DNA from: Octopus vulgaris
Lineage: Eukaryota
Direction: 5' to 3'
Length of the DNA: 64,000 bases
Assembly: GCA_951406725.2 (NCBI GenBank)
Contig: OX597820.1
Coordinates: 84,940,001-85,004,000 of the forward strand
In this document: one piece after another, positions 39,336 to 54,190 of the stretch
Numbering within the stretch: position 1 is the stretch's first letter
How the letters are laid out: each line of letters starts with the position of its first letter
Position numbers and translations under genes: made by a program
Notes under the pieces: generated by a model
Seen by the model: only the letters and a program-made list of their open reading frames with translations
Told to the model about the DNA's origin: nothing
Database searches by the model: none

Positions 39336-41049
39336 GTTGTAATATTACTAATATTTATTGTGCATATGATCAGATTTTTAATGTTCAGTTTAAGTAGTTC
39401 TACTAGTATGTGACATTTTCGAAAGTCAAACAGATTAATCAAGAAGAATTATATCATTTAATATTCTACTGAATATGAGAAACGATTACAATAATCACGT
39501 TAATTGACAATAAAGGGATTTACAAGCGTATCAATATGTTGATTACTTTAAAATATTTGAATGAGAAACGCATTATGCTTTGAAATGGGTGAGATTGATA
39601 AATCGGATATTTTAGCTAGATGTAATCCTCAAGTAATCCCTCGTGTTACTATGTGCCAATTCTCAAACTAATTCAAATAGTAACAGCAGAGTTCTACGCT
39701 TTGATTTTGCGTACCAGATTCATGTATAATTTGTTAGTCTATCCAGCAGCAACAAATCGGTGCATGTGAGTCGATGACTAGTACTGAGTATTCAAACTGC
39801 AAAATTCCACCTACGTGTATCTAGTTAAAAGAAATTGAAAACTGTAGAATGACACTAAGATATTACGATTTCAAAATTCAGCAACAAATCCTAAAACTTT
39901 AATAAAAGAACCTCCCACGCATCATTACCAAGTATGCAAACACGATATTACAAAAATAATGAAAATAAACAAGACCTCATTCAATTTGCCCGAAGAAAGC
40001 TTATGACCAATTCCTTTCACACCGTCGTGTCTTATATCTTAACATTCCAAGCAGAAGGCGACTGCAAAATATGTACTGGTGCAACACTTAGCACCGCCCA
40101 CTGATGGATTCACTACAATAACTCACTTGGTCACACCTACGTTTTCAGAGCATCTTAAAGTTCAGTTCTTATTTATCTTTAAGTTCTTTGTTATCATCAT
40201 CTGTAGAACAAACGCGTATGTTGATGATAATTCACTTCACTCTACTGTAACCCTCCTGGTTCTGGCTTCATCAATGTGTAGCATTGCATTAAACTTATTT
40301 TACCACTATGAACAGGAACTTTGTCACACTTCTCCATTTGGTTAAATACAAAAATGTATCATTCAAGAGTACAGAGGTACACTCAATACGTTAATCTAAA
40401 ATATCAAGTATCAAATGCACTAATTATGAATCACATATCAACAGGAATCATTAAAGATTAAAAATTTACAGCTGATTTTTGCGCGTCAGTTCACACCGTT
40501 GCTACTGCACCGACTAAATACTATCTCACTTTTATCTTTACTACCAAGAATTATTCAATTTTGAATATTTTACTACATGGCGATACAGCAATAATTTGAA
40601 AACCACAAATGCTAAAAGGTTCCGCACACAAAACGCACTGCAACAAAACTTATAAGGAGAGTAGAAGATATCGAAATCAAGGCTACCTCAATGGTTAGAA
40701 AGATGTAATTCATTATATTATTCCAACATTATATAATTTTTAGTTTCTGACGAAATACCAAACTACAGATATTGAGGTTAAGTATGCATCTTTTGCAATG
40801 TTCTTAATATTGGATGATTTGGATTGCAATGGATTGTATTATCGCATTCATTTAGAAGGAGAAACGGATAGGTCTTCTCTGAGGAATATTCAACGAGCTG
40901 TGAATTGGTTCAAGAGATTATATTTTCTATTTTCAGCACATGAAAGTCGTATCATGGAAAATATGATTTTAGATTTAATTCTTATTGTCATAGATATATT
41001 CAAATAATTTAATTTATTCCATTTGATCTGATTAACGTTATGTCATGCA

Positions 41050-42260
41050 TATATCCATTCTTGGAGCAATATTATTATTACTAATTGTTTTCGATTGAAA
41101 CAGTCATATCAATGAGGAAGCATTATTTTTGTCAGAGATCTTTCAATATAATGCCTGGCCTATTCGATCCATCTTTCTGTCAATTTGAACGATGAAATTC
41201 CAGAGAAGTGAAATTTTGTGGCACCGGAGGTAGTTTCTGTTCCCACCAGGTTCAGGTTTTTGCAAATTACCCAGTGAATAATTTGTGCTGTTCTATCATG
41301 CCTGTTGAGATACTCTGCCGGCGAAAGAAGACTGCACATGGAGAAAACAGGATAAATGGTTTCATTTTGTTGTTCAGATTCACGACATCTTCGGCTACTG
41401 CCGTTCCTTAATATGATACCCTGGAAGTTCCTTGTAGGTAGGCATTGGTCTTGGGCTGCTATGATAAATCCTTCTGCGTTTGATTTTAAGCCAGAAGACA
41501 CTAACCATTGATGGGTAAAGGCTTTGTCAACATCAGCACTATTAGCTCTCTTTCGGTATTTGCCATTGAGAGACTTTCCTTGCCATTTCTCATTAAGAAT
41601 ATCTAAGGCGGCTGTTTTGGCACGAGTTGTCTGTGTTTGTTTCTAGTACGTCTAATTCTGGAATTTTTGTATTTGGAATTCACTTAGATATTCCTCTGCC
41701 TGTTTTGTTACTGAGTATGATGTGTTCTTGTTTTCATACTTTGGGACAAGTTTCAACATCCAGTCATCAGAGATTTTCAGGTAGATATCTAGGCCAATTG
41801 TGTCAATCTTCATTGTTAATTCTAGCTGTATAAGTCCAGAGCCACCCTCTTTTCCTAACAGGAAAATCTCTTCTATATCAGCCTTGGCAGATTTGCCTTA
41901 GCGTGGTGCATTCTATGTATTGTCAACATTTTCCGTATTTTATGTCAAGATTACGTATTTCAGTAATTGACCAGTTAATGATATAGAAACTGTAAGTCAC
42001 ACTGGTATGGCTAAATAATTGATCGCTTCGATCCTGTTTCTTGCATTCAGCTCTGTCTTAAGTATTGCGCTCACCCTGCGATAACATTCTATTCTGATCC
42101 TTTCCCTCATCACTAAATCTTTGATTCTGTCCCTTCCAATTACCCCTAGGTATTTGTAGTCCTCCGCTGGTTCTAATTCTTTTATGAAATTCTACTTAGA
42201 TGTTTCTGTCGTTTTTCCTTTGATAAAGGTAGCTTTTGCACATTGTTATCGATTTAAGTA
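41050..42260 (-). mobile_element. R4/Dong-like non-LTR retrotransposon fragment (RT end, CCHC, RLE)
   Basis: GLKSNAEGFIIAAQDQCLPTRNF..RCR..ETI..CSLLSPAEYLNRHDRTAQIIHWVIC, with YKYLGV upstream near 42145-42160. Confidence 0.85.
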
Positions 42261-42274
42261 TTTTGAACGAAATA

Positions 42275-42552
42275 TCCATTATTCCAATGGAAAATTATCC
42301 AAACTCCTAAGAACTGATCTTAACACATGGCTATGATGCTCCCTCATTACTCTCCTCGTGATCAGAGATGCACATATCGTCAGCCACAAAGGGAGATGCT
42401 CAAATGTTTAAGATCAAACAACTGACGAACAAATCTATGGTATTAAGCTTAATAGTTGCTGTAGCCCATCTTTTATGCTAAGACTAAACAATGTATACGA
42501 TATCACTTCCAGTGAGTTAAGGTCAGAAAACATGAGAGCCACTGCCTGGTAT
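42275..42552 (-). mobile_element. Partial ~570 bp (AAT)n-associated element
   Basis: gatcagagatgcacatatcgtcagccac...gagagccactgcctggta matches 43390-43590. Confidence 0.8.
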
Positions 42553-42589
42553 TACTATTATTATTATTACTGTTATTGTTATTATTAAG

Positions 42590-43000
42590 CGTATATTGGC
42601 TAGTAATATGCCATACGCTTTCACCGTTTTGACCACAAATTCTGCACTTGTCACTTTCTGATGTGTTGTCTATTCTTTAATTTATGTAATTTGTTTTTAG
42701 TGCTTGTTCTTGGGCAGCACAGATTAGAGCCACCGTTTCCGGTTTTAATTCAATTTTAGTCATCCACAGCCATCTTTCTCTGACTGTCTTATCCTCAACA
42801 ACACTATGAAATTCTCCATACATTATTATCTTTACCCACCTATTTTCAGTTTCATTCGTTTTCAATTGCTTGTACAGCGCTTTAACTTTGCAATCTTTCA
42901 TCCTTCAAATGCCTGCCCTTCTTACTTCTATTAATAGCGGTTCTGTTGCATTTTCTTACATACCATGCTATGTTATTTTCTTCTGTCCTAATAATGTGTT
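42590..43000 (-). mobile_element. Second R4/Dong-like LINE fragment
   Basis: ORF 42677-42901: MYGEF..WLWMTKIELKPETVALICAAQEQALKTNYI. Confidence 0.8.
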
Positions 43001-43061
43001 CGCATCTAATATATCCTGTATTATCATCATCATTATCATTACTATTATTTATTATAATTGA

Positions 43062-43630
43062 GTGAGAGAGCAGTGCATGCCATCAAAGGGACACTGGCGT
43101 AAAATATACAAAGCCTAGTATACCCATCATGACTACCCGTCTGATAAGGGTACACTAGGCACATGCATCCCAACCATATGTGTACGACATGGTGATCGTA
43201 TATCAAGATAAACAGCACATGACCTTGCGGGTGAGGCTCAGTTATAATTTTTTCTTCTGGTCGAAAGGTCCCTGACTAAGGGTTGTTTAAGGATATTGAA
43301 TGAAACACCCATGTTTCCAGAGGTGAATTATTCAAAACCCAAATAATAACTGTCAACACATGGCTGTGATTCTCCCCCGCTACGTCTAATTGGGATCAGA
43401 GATGCACATATCGTCAGCCACCAAGGGTCAAGCTCAACTGGTTAAGGTCAAATAACTGACAAGCATATCTGTTTTATTGAGCAGAATATTTGCTGTTGCT
43501 CATCATTTATACCAAGACAAATCAATGTACATGATAACACTTCCAATCAGTTAAGATCAGAAGCCCTGAGAGCCACTGCCTGGTACTGCATCGGGGCAAA
43601 GCCACTGCCTGGTACTGCATCAGGGCAAAC
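43062..43630 (-). mobile_element. Full-length ~570 bp non-coding element flanked by (ATT)n
   Basis: Longest of 6 copies in the window. The ~29 bp end agccactgcctggtactgcatc.gggcaa is tandemly duplicated. Orientation is inferred. Confidence 0.8.
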
Positions 43631-43735
<105 letters not shown>

Positions 43736-43744
43736 TAATCATCA

Positions 43745-44230
43745 TCATTTGATATTTGACTGTTACTTTACATTTGTACAATTTGGCTCCAAGTCTCACC
43801 CACAGACATCAAGACGAAACATGTTAGAAGTTCATGTCGGTGCTATGCCTAGGGTACCATATATATGGTTCTGTGCACAGAGTTGTTCTAGAGAATTTTT
43901 CAGAAGTCATTACAAAATTGTGTTTGTTTGAATGTTTGAGATAACAAAGTAAGTATTTTGCGTAGGATGTGGGCAGTTCCCATGAGCACCATCTTTTGAA
44001 TTTCTGCCATTTTGGAGTTTCCTGGTATCTGCAAGGATTGTATTTGCACATCTTCTAACGCTGGATATGTACTACGAAGTCAGCTGTCCACTACCAGTGA
44101 ACTTAGGTACCACTCCTTATTTTTCGAGCACCACCTGGATTGTTCGAGCGGTTCCAAGCTGTGCTGATTTCTGCAAGTGCTCCACCATTATTGCAGCCCC
44201 TATTGTTCCATATACTTCTCAAGATTTTTA
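43745..44230 (-). mobile_element. Two R4/Dong-like LINE 3' ends in tandem
   Basis: VEHLQKSAQLGTARTIQVVLEK* and EIQKMVLMGTAHILRKIL, the latter followed by a UTR and (TAC)n(TAA)n. Confidence 0.75.
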
Positions 44231-44828
44231 CCTGTCCTATCTATCGACTTTTCTTCCTTCCTTATTGCAAACCCTGTTGTCAGTTGGACATACTACATCT
44301 TTGATCCAGCATCGTTGGTCTCTGAGCCTGCTCTCTAGCCGATTTGTCATTTTGTTGATAAATAGTATGTATTCTGGAATCGGGAGTGTGTTGCTTTCTC
44401 GCCGTTTGTATTTTCACGACTTGTCCAGCGGTTTGGATAACCATTTCTAACGATGGAGAGCTTTGAAGAGAGAGAGGGAGAGAGATGGAATGTCCTTCCT
44501 TACTGGAACCCTTACTGGTAAGAATAGCAAAAAGTACCCATGATGTATTTACCGTGTACGCATCTGTATGTAGTTTTGTGTATTGCGCTTCCATACCTTG
44601 AATTTCCAGAGATTTTCACATCGTGTTTTATTCGATGCTATCGAAGGCCTTTTCGTATCCGAGATAAACAAACTACAAAGGCAGCTTGTGCTTTCTGCTC
44701 ATTCTTTAAGCTGTATTTGAGTGAATATGTGTTCATCGCACTCTAGTTCTTACGGATACATGCTTGTTCCTTCGTCTGATGATCATCGGGTGTTTTGATA
44801 GTCTGGTAGCTATTATCTTTGTAAATCG

Positions 44829-45058
44829 GCGGCGAGCTGGCAGAAACGTTAGCTCGCCGGGCGAAATGCTTAGCGGTATTTCGTCTGTCGTTACGTTCTG
44901 AGTTCAAATACCGCCGAGGTCGACTTTGCCTTTCATCCTTTCGGGGTCGATAAATAAAGTACCAGTTTCGCACTGGGGACGATACAATCGACTCAATCCC
45001 TTCGTCTGTCCTTCTTTGTCCCCTCTATGTTTAGCTCCTTCTGGGCAGTAAAGAAATA
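44829..45058 (+). mobile_element. SINE family B with 18 bp TSD
   Basis: gcggcgagctggcagaaacgttagc (A box) and gagttcaaatacc (B box). Flanked by tattatctttgtaaatcg (44811-44828, 45059-45076). Confidence 0.92.
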
Positions 45059-46244
45059 TATTATCTTTGTAAATCGTTTATAGAGGTAAAACAACGATAG
45101 TTTCCGTAATCAGCGTTGTCACCTTTTGTATGAGTGTATAATATCGTATTCGAGTCTTTTCAAATTACAATGTAGCCTATAGGAATAATATGGGAGGTGA
45201 AGAAGATACTGGAGAAGTGGAAAAATATCAAAGACCAGGTCGAGCATCCTCTCTCTCGAAGGCGATCAGACATGTCGAAAACTATGTTGAGAATCATAAA
45301 ATGTATAAGTTCATGCAGGTTTCAAGGAAAGGGAAGATGATTGATGCCGGTGCTTGAGAGCATGGACGGCCTTATGGTGACAGACAAAGGCGAGATGGAA
45401 AAGGCATCACTTTTAAAACAGTCGTTGAAAACCATCAGTGAAGCTCGATCCTCCACCGTCGGAAATGCTGGAAGAAGCTCCATTACTTCTGATCATTGAA
45501 ACAGAAATTCTTTCACGCATGAAATGAGAAAGAGCGCCAGGAAAAATGAGATAACACAAAAATGGTGCAGGGGCGAAGAACTGTAGAAAATGCTCAGTCT
45601 TCACTTGAATAACTATCTGAGGAATATTCATATATATATATATATTCATGTATATATTGTGTATGTATGTATTGTGTAAGTGCATTTAAGTCTGTGTGTG
45701 TCTCCGTAGGCTTAATTCTATAGAAGTACTTATACATGACTTCGTATGCATATATCTTTGGTTCACCAACCGCATATTCCTAAGTAGGCTTCTATTCAAT
45801 TGAGTGGTGTGTTAGTATATACGAGCAGTAGTAGGTGTACTTCGGTATGCATATGTATGTGCACGGTTGAACGCCAGTCGTTCATTTGATAGCTATTTCT
45901 TTGTTGCTTTAAGCATGTGAATATATTCAATGTGTTTCTCAAGCCCGCGTGAGTTTTTGTGTTGCCGTGTATTTGTGATAGTTTTGTGAAATCGTTATTG
46001 ATAAACATCGTATTCTCTAATATTAGTAATAAAAATGTGTACGTGTGACCTCCACCCATCTGCAAGGTTATCATATTAAACACATTTACCTAAAGATCGT
46101 TAACAATATATCAGTAGAATAAATAAGGAAATCACCGACAACAACAATCACCGTTCTCTTACATCAAACGGAAAACCTGAAGTAATATGAAAAAATTTAT
46201 AAAGAACAGCAACAACAGCAAAGAAATAAAGCCCTATAATAAAA

Positions 46245-46297
46245 ATGATGATGATGATGATGATGATGACGATGATGACGATGATGACGATGATGAC

Positions 46298-46335
<38 letters not shown>

Positions 46336-46368
46336 CGACGACGATGATGTTGATGATGATGATGACGA
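46245..46368. repeat. (GAT/GAC)n microsatellite
   Basis: Seen directly; source of the poly-Asp ORF. Confidence 0.9.
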
Positions 46369-47078
46369 GGGTATCAAAATGAGAAAGGGAGAAAATCAAC
46401 ACAATATATGTGTATTTATTAGAGTCAAGAGTATTGATTAGTTCTAGAAACAATATTTTCGACTTACCACTTTCCGATATAAATGCCCTAATCTTGTCAA
46501 TCTTTTCGAAATAGATGTGTAAGTTAATGTAACTCTACTGCTTTGATCAAGTGTTCAGTCAAAGACATTGTAAGAATTGGACATTCACTGAAAAATCCAT
46601 AAATAATTTTCTTTTTGTGTGTTGGTCAATTTGTTTTGATTTTCTTAGCCTTTTGTGTTTTACATTTTTAAGATTGTATACATTGTGAGACTTACAAAAC
46701 TAGCGTTAACCTGCGATAAGGCGAGTAGCTTTGCTAATATAATTTTGTGAAGTGAAGAGGAAAGTGAAGAATATATATTGTTATTCACTGAACTGGCACT
46801 TGGGGTGGTGTCATAATTTTCTTTTTCAGTCAGAATATATAATATTTCTTTTTTTAATATCGTCGCACGCTAAAAGATTCGAGACCTTCTTTCAACTTTC
46901 ATATCACTCTCAACACTTTTTGGCCATATATATATGACTCTTTCCTTGTTTCTTTTCTTTCTTTCTTTCTCTCTATATATGCGTGTATGCACACATGCAT
47001 AACACAAAACTGTATCAAACGCAAACACTAAACTTTATAATATATATAAATACACACACACACACACACATACATGTG

Positions 47079-47129
<51 letters not shown>

Positions 47130-48897
47130 ATATGTATATCAATACGCACGAACAAACACACACGTAAAAACTCACACAGATATATACACACACACATATA
47201 ATCATACACATTTCAACATACACATTTGTATACATTCACCAGAGGCTCTGAATACGTTGATCGTATCTTCAAAGTACACAACATTTTTGCTGTAGGGGAT
47301 ACTCTAACAAAAGATCATATTCAAAAATATGTGAGGTGAATAATAACAAGTTCAATACAAGTGAACGTGTGATCATTGGAAATATCACAATATTAGTGTT
47401 TATACTAACTGATAATTTCATGATTTCTTTCGTAGCTATTTATATTTAGGTCAGACCTTTGGTCAAAATATATTCAGCTGTGCTTGTATAATCTTCTTCT
47501 TCTCATCCTTAATCTATGTTTCCATTGCCAAATATGAAGTTATAGTTTTAGAGAAGAGTGTGAAATTTCAGGAAAATATTTCTGCTATTTCTAGCAGATA
47601 ATATAATTCTAATATGGAGAATTAATTTATCACATGTACCATGCTTTCGCTAAATGTTTAAATTTTCAGTATAAGCGCTATCATAGCTGCATAAATGGTT
47701 CATGACACTAAGGATTCCGAGAGATTCCAGCATCATTGTGGTATTCGCTATCAGTTTAGTAAACAGGAGCAGTGTGACACGGATTGATACATTATGCAAA
47801 ACACTTACCTGCCCATGAATTCCACCCCAAGGCTTATGATCTTCAGTGGAACACCCCAACTCCTGCAACCCAATATTCACTTTGCACGTAGAAAGTGTCT
47901 ATGTGCAGCAAATGGTGTTTAACCATAACAATGTACAAAATTATTTTATATATAGGCGCAGGTGTGGCTGTTTTGTAAGTAGCTTGCTTAATTTACACGC
48001 TTGTTTTCTTGTTATTGTTGTTCTTGGAACTAAGAAAGTCGCACGCTATTTTGTAGGGGCGAATTATTGACAAAAAGAGCTCAACTGTAAGGTAAGGCTC
48101 TTTATTTTTTGGGTCTAGTGGGGTTTTGTTGTTTGGTGTGTAGTATTTTGTTCGCAGGCAGGAAGTCCTCACTGTCGGCTTGCAGTGGAGCATTACTGTT
48201 CACTTAAGGTGAATTCTTTTGGCGGCGTGTATCACTTCCAAAAAAGCTGTGAAATTCGTGGAAATTTACCAAAAATTGTGGATTTTACCAAAATGTTGTG
48301 AAATTCCTGGAATTGTACCAATTTGTGGAGTTCTGTCCCTGCTGGTGGATTACCCTAGGCCAGGAGTACTATCGGCCGGAATTGCACTTTCTTGAATTCT
48401 GCTGTTTTGAACTGTCTTCCTTCTTTCTTCGGTCTTCTCTTTGTTTTTTTTCTTCGACCTTTTTGAACTTGTGTTGACATTTTTTGACTCAAAAACATGT
48501 CAAAGAAAGCTGATAAGGTGTTGGAGTGGTTCTCAGATTGTTTACAGTGGGTTATTCGTATTGGAGTATTTATAACATATCCCAAACACAAATACACTCA
48601 CAGACGCAAACCCAAACACGCGCTCGCATACATACACGCACACTTCCCATATGCACACAGGTATACACACACTATTGGCAAATACACTTAATGAAAGCAA
48701 ATGAGGTTTCTAGAAAATATTTAATCATCAGTATATTAGAATCAGCAGATAACAGGTGTTCTAATATTTCTTTTGGCATTCGGTGTAAGATAATGTGAAA
48801 TAATATGTTGCCGATCAAAGCTAAAGGTAACACACCCTTTTCTCTCTTTATAGCTAGCGGGGTATCTGAATTCTAATTTAAAACAAATTTCGAGACT

Positions 48898-49290
48898 TTG
48901 TGGTAAGAAGCTTGCTTCCTATTCACATGATTCTGGATTCACCCCCAGTGAGGCACCTTGGGCAAGTTCCTTCTACCATAGCCACGGGCCGACCTAAGCG
49001 TTGTGATTGGATTTGGTAGGTCAAAACTGAGAGAGGTCCGTCGTATATATGAATATATCTATGTGCGTTAGTCTTTGTATCTGTGCTTGTCCTCTCCACA
49101 GCTTGACAACCAGTGTCGGTGCGTTTACGTCGCCGTAAATTAGCGGTTCAGCAAAAGTGACAGACAGAATAAGTACTAAGCTTTAAGAAATAAGACCCGG
49201 GGTCGATTGGTTCAATTAAAAGCTCCTACGGCGGTACCCCAGCATAGCCGCAGTCATAGTTCGGCAAGTTAAGTCATAGTGAAGCAAGTT
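48898..49290 (+). mobile_element. SINE family A copy
   Basis: gtggtaagaagcttgcttcc, ggcaccttgggcaag, tail ggcggtaccccagcatagccgcagtca. Confidence 0.8.
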
Positions 49291-50016
49291 AAGGATGAGA
49301 CAAAATATATCGGTATGTATCATTCTGTGTATGTATGTGCTTACATATATTATTTCATGAGTATTGTGTAATATTAACGCATATCATTTAACGTCTTCTT
49401 CTACATTACACTGTATGCGCACATTGTCATAAAATAAATAGAAACATTTTGCATTGTAGATATAGAATTCAGGTTATATTTTAAATTTGTTATGTAGAGA
49501 ATCGTATATGAATATACATTTCAATAAATGCATCACTGCAATATGTAATCTGTGTTACTACTCTTTGCCATTCAGCTATTGCATGCTGAATAACAGCTTT
49601 CATATCTATCAATTCCAGTATATACTACGCTACACTGTGTTGTATATTATATATATATATATATATATACATACACTCACATACACTCACACATATACAT
49701 ATATGTATATACATATAAAAAATATGAGGGTAAACTTGTGATCTAAACGAATATGTACGCTGGGTAAGTGCTATACTTGGTTGACCGTGAGGCTCCAGGA
49801 TTACAGCTAATGCCAGATCTAGGGAGCAATGTTAGTGTTCCGTTATAGCATACATATATATCATATTAGAGGAGAAATCAAACCAAGGCCGAACGAGTAT
49901 CTCAAGTGATTTAGATTAATTCAATTAGAATAAGGACTTTCTCAGATAGCCCAAGTGGTAGGTTAGCATATCCTTGCATTGGGTATTCCTTCATCGGAGT
50001 GAAGGTATGAATATGA

Positions 50017-50051
<35 letters not shown>

Positions 50052-50094
50052 CGCGCGTTTGTGTGTAGAAGGTTGAAAATGAACACACAATGCA

Positions 50095-50462
50095 AAAAAA
50101 TCAAGATAGAAAATACTAAAACAATTTTATAAAATAAACATATCAGTACCGGTTCCAGTCATGGAGACTTTTTCAACTGTATGGAAAACAATTATATTTA
50201 GAAAAATGAAAACAAAAGTGTTTTTTTTTAAATGAATATTTGCATAGAGTTCAAATACAAGTGGAATTTTCCTGGTTTCTGCCTGTCTCTCTCTTTCCTG
50301 TTTACTCTTGTGGAGTATTCTTTTAAAGAAACCTTTTCTTTTAATGTTTCCAAATTTAGTTGTTTTCCATACTTACAGTTGAAAAAGTCTCGATGACTGA
50401 AACCGGTACTGAAATGTTTGGTATAAAATTATTTTAGCATTTTGTATCTTGACATTTTTTCC
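50095..50462. repeat. Imperfect inverted repeat with mirror hammerhead motifs, between microsatellites
   Basis: Arms ~50095-50240 and ~50320-50462, e.g. tcagtaccggttccagtcatggagactttttcaactgta vs tacagttgaaaaagtctcgatgactgaaaccggtactga. Confidence 0.88.
50376..50411 (+). ncRNA. Minimal type I hammerhead motif, U3-A8 variant
   Basis: CAG TTGAAAA AGTC tcgat GACT GAAA CCGG TA CTG. Palindromic helix III ACCGGT. Mirror copy at 50144-50179 (-) has GGAA for GAAA. Confidence 0.7.
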
Positions 50463-50494
50463 ATATATATATATACATACGCACACACACACAC

Positions 50495-50556
<62 letters not shown>

Positions 50557-50999
50557 ATGCATGTATACACGCATATATCCTATCATAATAGCTATAAAAT
50601 ATTGCATCCAAATGGTTTCTAATCTAAAAATGATACAATATTTTGTACATCATAATTTTATATTTATTAGCACATTAATTCTCGTATTTGGCATTTCCGT
50701 GTTTTCTAATTATAATCTAACTTTATGAGATATATTTAAATATGCCTTGAAACATTAGCATTGATTGTGAATATATTAAGACGGTATTGATGTAGATAAT
50801 ATGTAGATTGATATCTTCAGGTTATTTCGAACTAAATGATAATCAGAAACAAGAAAAATTACATTACCAACGATAGAAATTTGTAAAGAAAGAAAAAAGA
50901 TAGGAATCAGTAAATGTTCAGTTGAAGTTGCTGTTCAATTTGTTCAAACATATAAACGTTCCCGTGTGTGTATATGCGTTTGTGTCTGTCGCATTCGTT

Positions 51000-51031
<32 letters not shown>

Positions 51032-51233
51032 TACCTATGTATGCATATATTTATATACATATATATATATATATGTATATATGTTTGTATATAGATTACA
51101 GAAAGAGAGATAGATATACACATATAAACATAAGTACGTATAGAGAGGAGAGAGACAGAAAAATATATTCATACATATAAAAATATGACTGCATTACTAT
51201 ACGTATATACTTAAGCATATATACATGAAAAAT

Positions 51234-51272
<39 letters not shown>

Positions 51273-52355
51273 ATGTATATATGTATGTATATATGTAAGT
51301 TTGTGTCTATGTATATATGCATATAGCGAAAGAAACGGTGGAAGAGAGAACCTTGCTTATTTTCCGTTACTTATATACTAGTTCGTTTCATTGCTTGCCT
51401 ATTGCAACTCTTTTCAATAGATTTCCTTTTTCATAAACATATATGCAAATTAGCAAATAAATTTACAATAACTCTGAAAGTAGTGGCTTTACTATGTAAC
51501 ACGACAGACCATCAAGATATAAGTATAAATATATTCATAAATATACAAACATTTTTTATGCGTAATAGAGGAATAATATGATGGGTTTATTTGGAGAAAA
51601 TTGAGGAACTATAAAGAAAGAAAGAAATTGGTGAGGCTTTACAACTAGCCAATTTGCTTGTTCTAAATCAGTGACCGATGGTCGCTTTTTTCACAATATA
51701 TTTCAGCTCGAGCGGAATCTGACCATCACTCTTGCCATCAGGTGATCGTAACTTAAGGTGAGCAAGCTGTCTCGAAACTGAGTCAGTCCCGCAATCCTCT
51801 CTTTCGCTGGAGAATTGTACGGTTTTGCTCCCCTACTGGAATATATAAGTACATGGTGCAGTGATGCACCGATAACTAGCCGGCAGAAGATCTGCTTCGG
51901 GTTCACCTAATTGTAACATGGAAAAGCCACTTACCTTACTTTATATATATATATATATGCATATATAAACATGTGTGTGCATGTGTGTGTAAGCCGTCTA
52001 AGAGTCCATAAATCAGAAAAAAATGCATCCGTATTCCTGTCAGTGGAGTGGGATTATGTGCACTACATTTTTGGCACATTCATTTGCGTCTCATCTCCAC
52101 GACTCAACTGAGACAAGGCCGAAACTGAATGACTAATATCTAGAATATAGTTAGATGTGCACCGCATTCAAACTCACTGGGAAAAATTTTTGAAAATGGC
52201 AGAAATGTTAAGACGATACTTATTCAATATACTTATTCTAAACTATGCTTTATGAAATCTGAATATTAGTAACAACTTGTTTACCGGAACAGTATTCTTC
52301 GACTAATACCCTCAAAGACACATGCCCACACATGCACACATACAAACAATATTAA

Positions 52356-52588
<233 letters not shown>

Positions 52589-53723
52589 GCACTGTGGATG
52601 TTTAACGAGAAGCAGCGGGACGTCTAATATGTGAGAGCTATAAAACACTGATCCGAAATCTATCCAAAATCATTGAAAATAAAAACAACAAATGGAACCT
52701 GAAATAAATAACAAAATATTGGACTATATCTAAGTAATACTCATTAAAAGTGTTGGACTATATCCGAGTATGTACATATTGGACTATATCCGATTAAGTA
52801 CAGATCACAAAAACGTAAGTACGTTAACTAATTAATTATGAATACACACCAGTTTTACATGAACGCATTTCCATATTTCAAAATGGCATTAATGTATAAA
52901 CAAGCACATACATATATAAGCGAATCGAATAGAAACAAACGACAACAACTAGACATTATTGATGACTAGAGCACTAAACAGATATACATATATAAAACCC
53001 TGACGGCATTAAACAAATATATACCCCAACACGGAAGTAATAGGCGTGGATATTAAGATTTTGTTTGTTTTTTTGTCTACATTTCTTTGTTTATAATTAT
53101 AGACGATGCGCACTGTCAAATTGTCTACGCTAACAGATAACACCCGGAGCCTAGTACTAATATGAAAGAAAGTGTTAATGATAAGTAGCGAACACTCATG
53201 TCGGATGAGAGGAAATATCACCAATGACAAAAAGTAAAAGAAATGAAAATTATATTAGTGATGGTAACAATAATAATGAAAGGAAGTGGTTGGACTCTCT
53301 CCATGTCCTGAATGATGATATATCTTGTGATGGTGTCACAATAAAAACAGTGGTAAATGCGCAACCTGATAATCGCTACCTCATATGAATGACAATGAAA
53401 ATACAAAATATTGAGAATAACGGTGGTAATGAAACTGAAGCCCTTGATGGTGACAATGTTGCACCCGTAGGGTTAGGTATAATGGTCCGAATCCAGCCTG
53501 CCGTTATCTAACAATGGACCAGCACATACGTCGTAAATGGAAAAAACAAGTTGATCTTGTGGTTAGGGAGAGTTACTACCTGAGCAAACCTGTAGACAAA
53601 AAATGTGTTCATATTAGGGGATACCGACAAGACAATAAAATTATTAGTATTATGTCCTGATACAGTACCAGATACTGACTTGCATGGCTTCTGATCTTCA
53701 CTGTTTGGAAGTGTTATGTACAT

Positions 53724-53903
53724 ACAGTTCTATATTTAAGAGATGAGGAATTATGTACACTATTTACATTATTTACATTCGACGGATATTTGTCCTCATC
53801 TTGTTTGTTGTTAACACAACGCTTCGGCTGATATACCCTTCGGGTATTTTGGGGAAATTTCGAGTCTAGGTTCTCATCCCTGATGTATTTTTCGATGTTA
53901 TCA

Positions 53904-53989
<86 letters not shown>

Positions 53990-54135
53990 TTCACTGCTTG
54001 GAATGAACACGGAATCTTGGGTTTAGTAGCCCGCGCCCTTAACTACTACGCCATATGTCCACGGGCATATGGCGTAGTTGTTAAGAGAGCGGGCTACTAA
54101 CCCGAAGATTCCGAGTTCGATTCTAAGCAGTGACA

Positions 54136-54190
<55 letters not shown>

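Noticed and set aside
44777-44810. CTGATGA core motif
   Set aside because: No GAAA after a helix II.
46187-46441. Poly-Asp ORF
   Set aside because: A (GAT)n microsatellite with no exon evidence.
51750-51790. GAG..CTC GAAAC tga GTC AGT, like a hammerhead 3' half
   Set aside because: The upstream core (TAAGGT) does not match CUGAnGA or any compensated variant.
52716-52795. Three copies of ttggactatatc with spacers (CRISPR-like)
   Set aside because: Repeats are too short, spacers irregular, context eukaryotic, no cas genes. A decayed minisatellite.
54063-54138. Functional tRNA-Ser(ACT) gene
   Set aside because: The acceptor stem cannot form, the T stem is weak, and it is part of a repeated palindrome. 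Treated as a SINE-type head.
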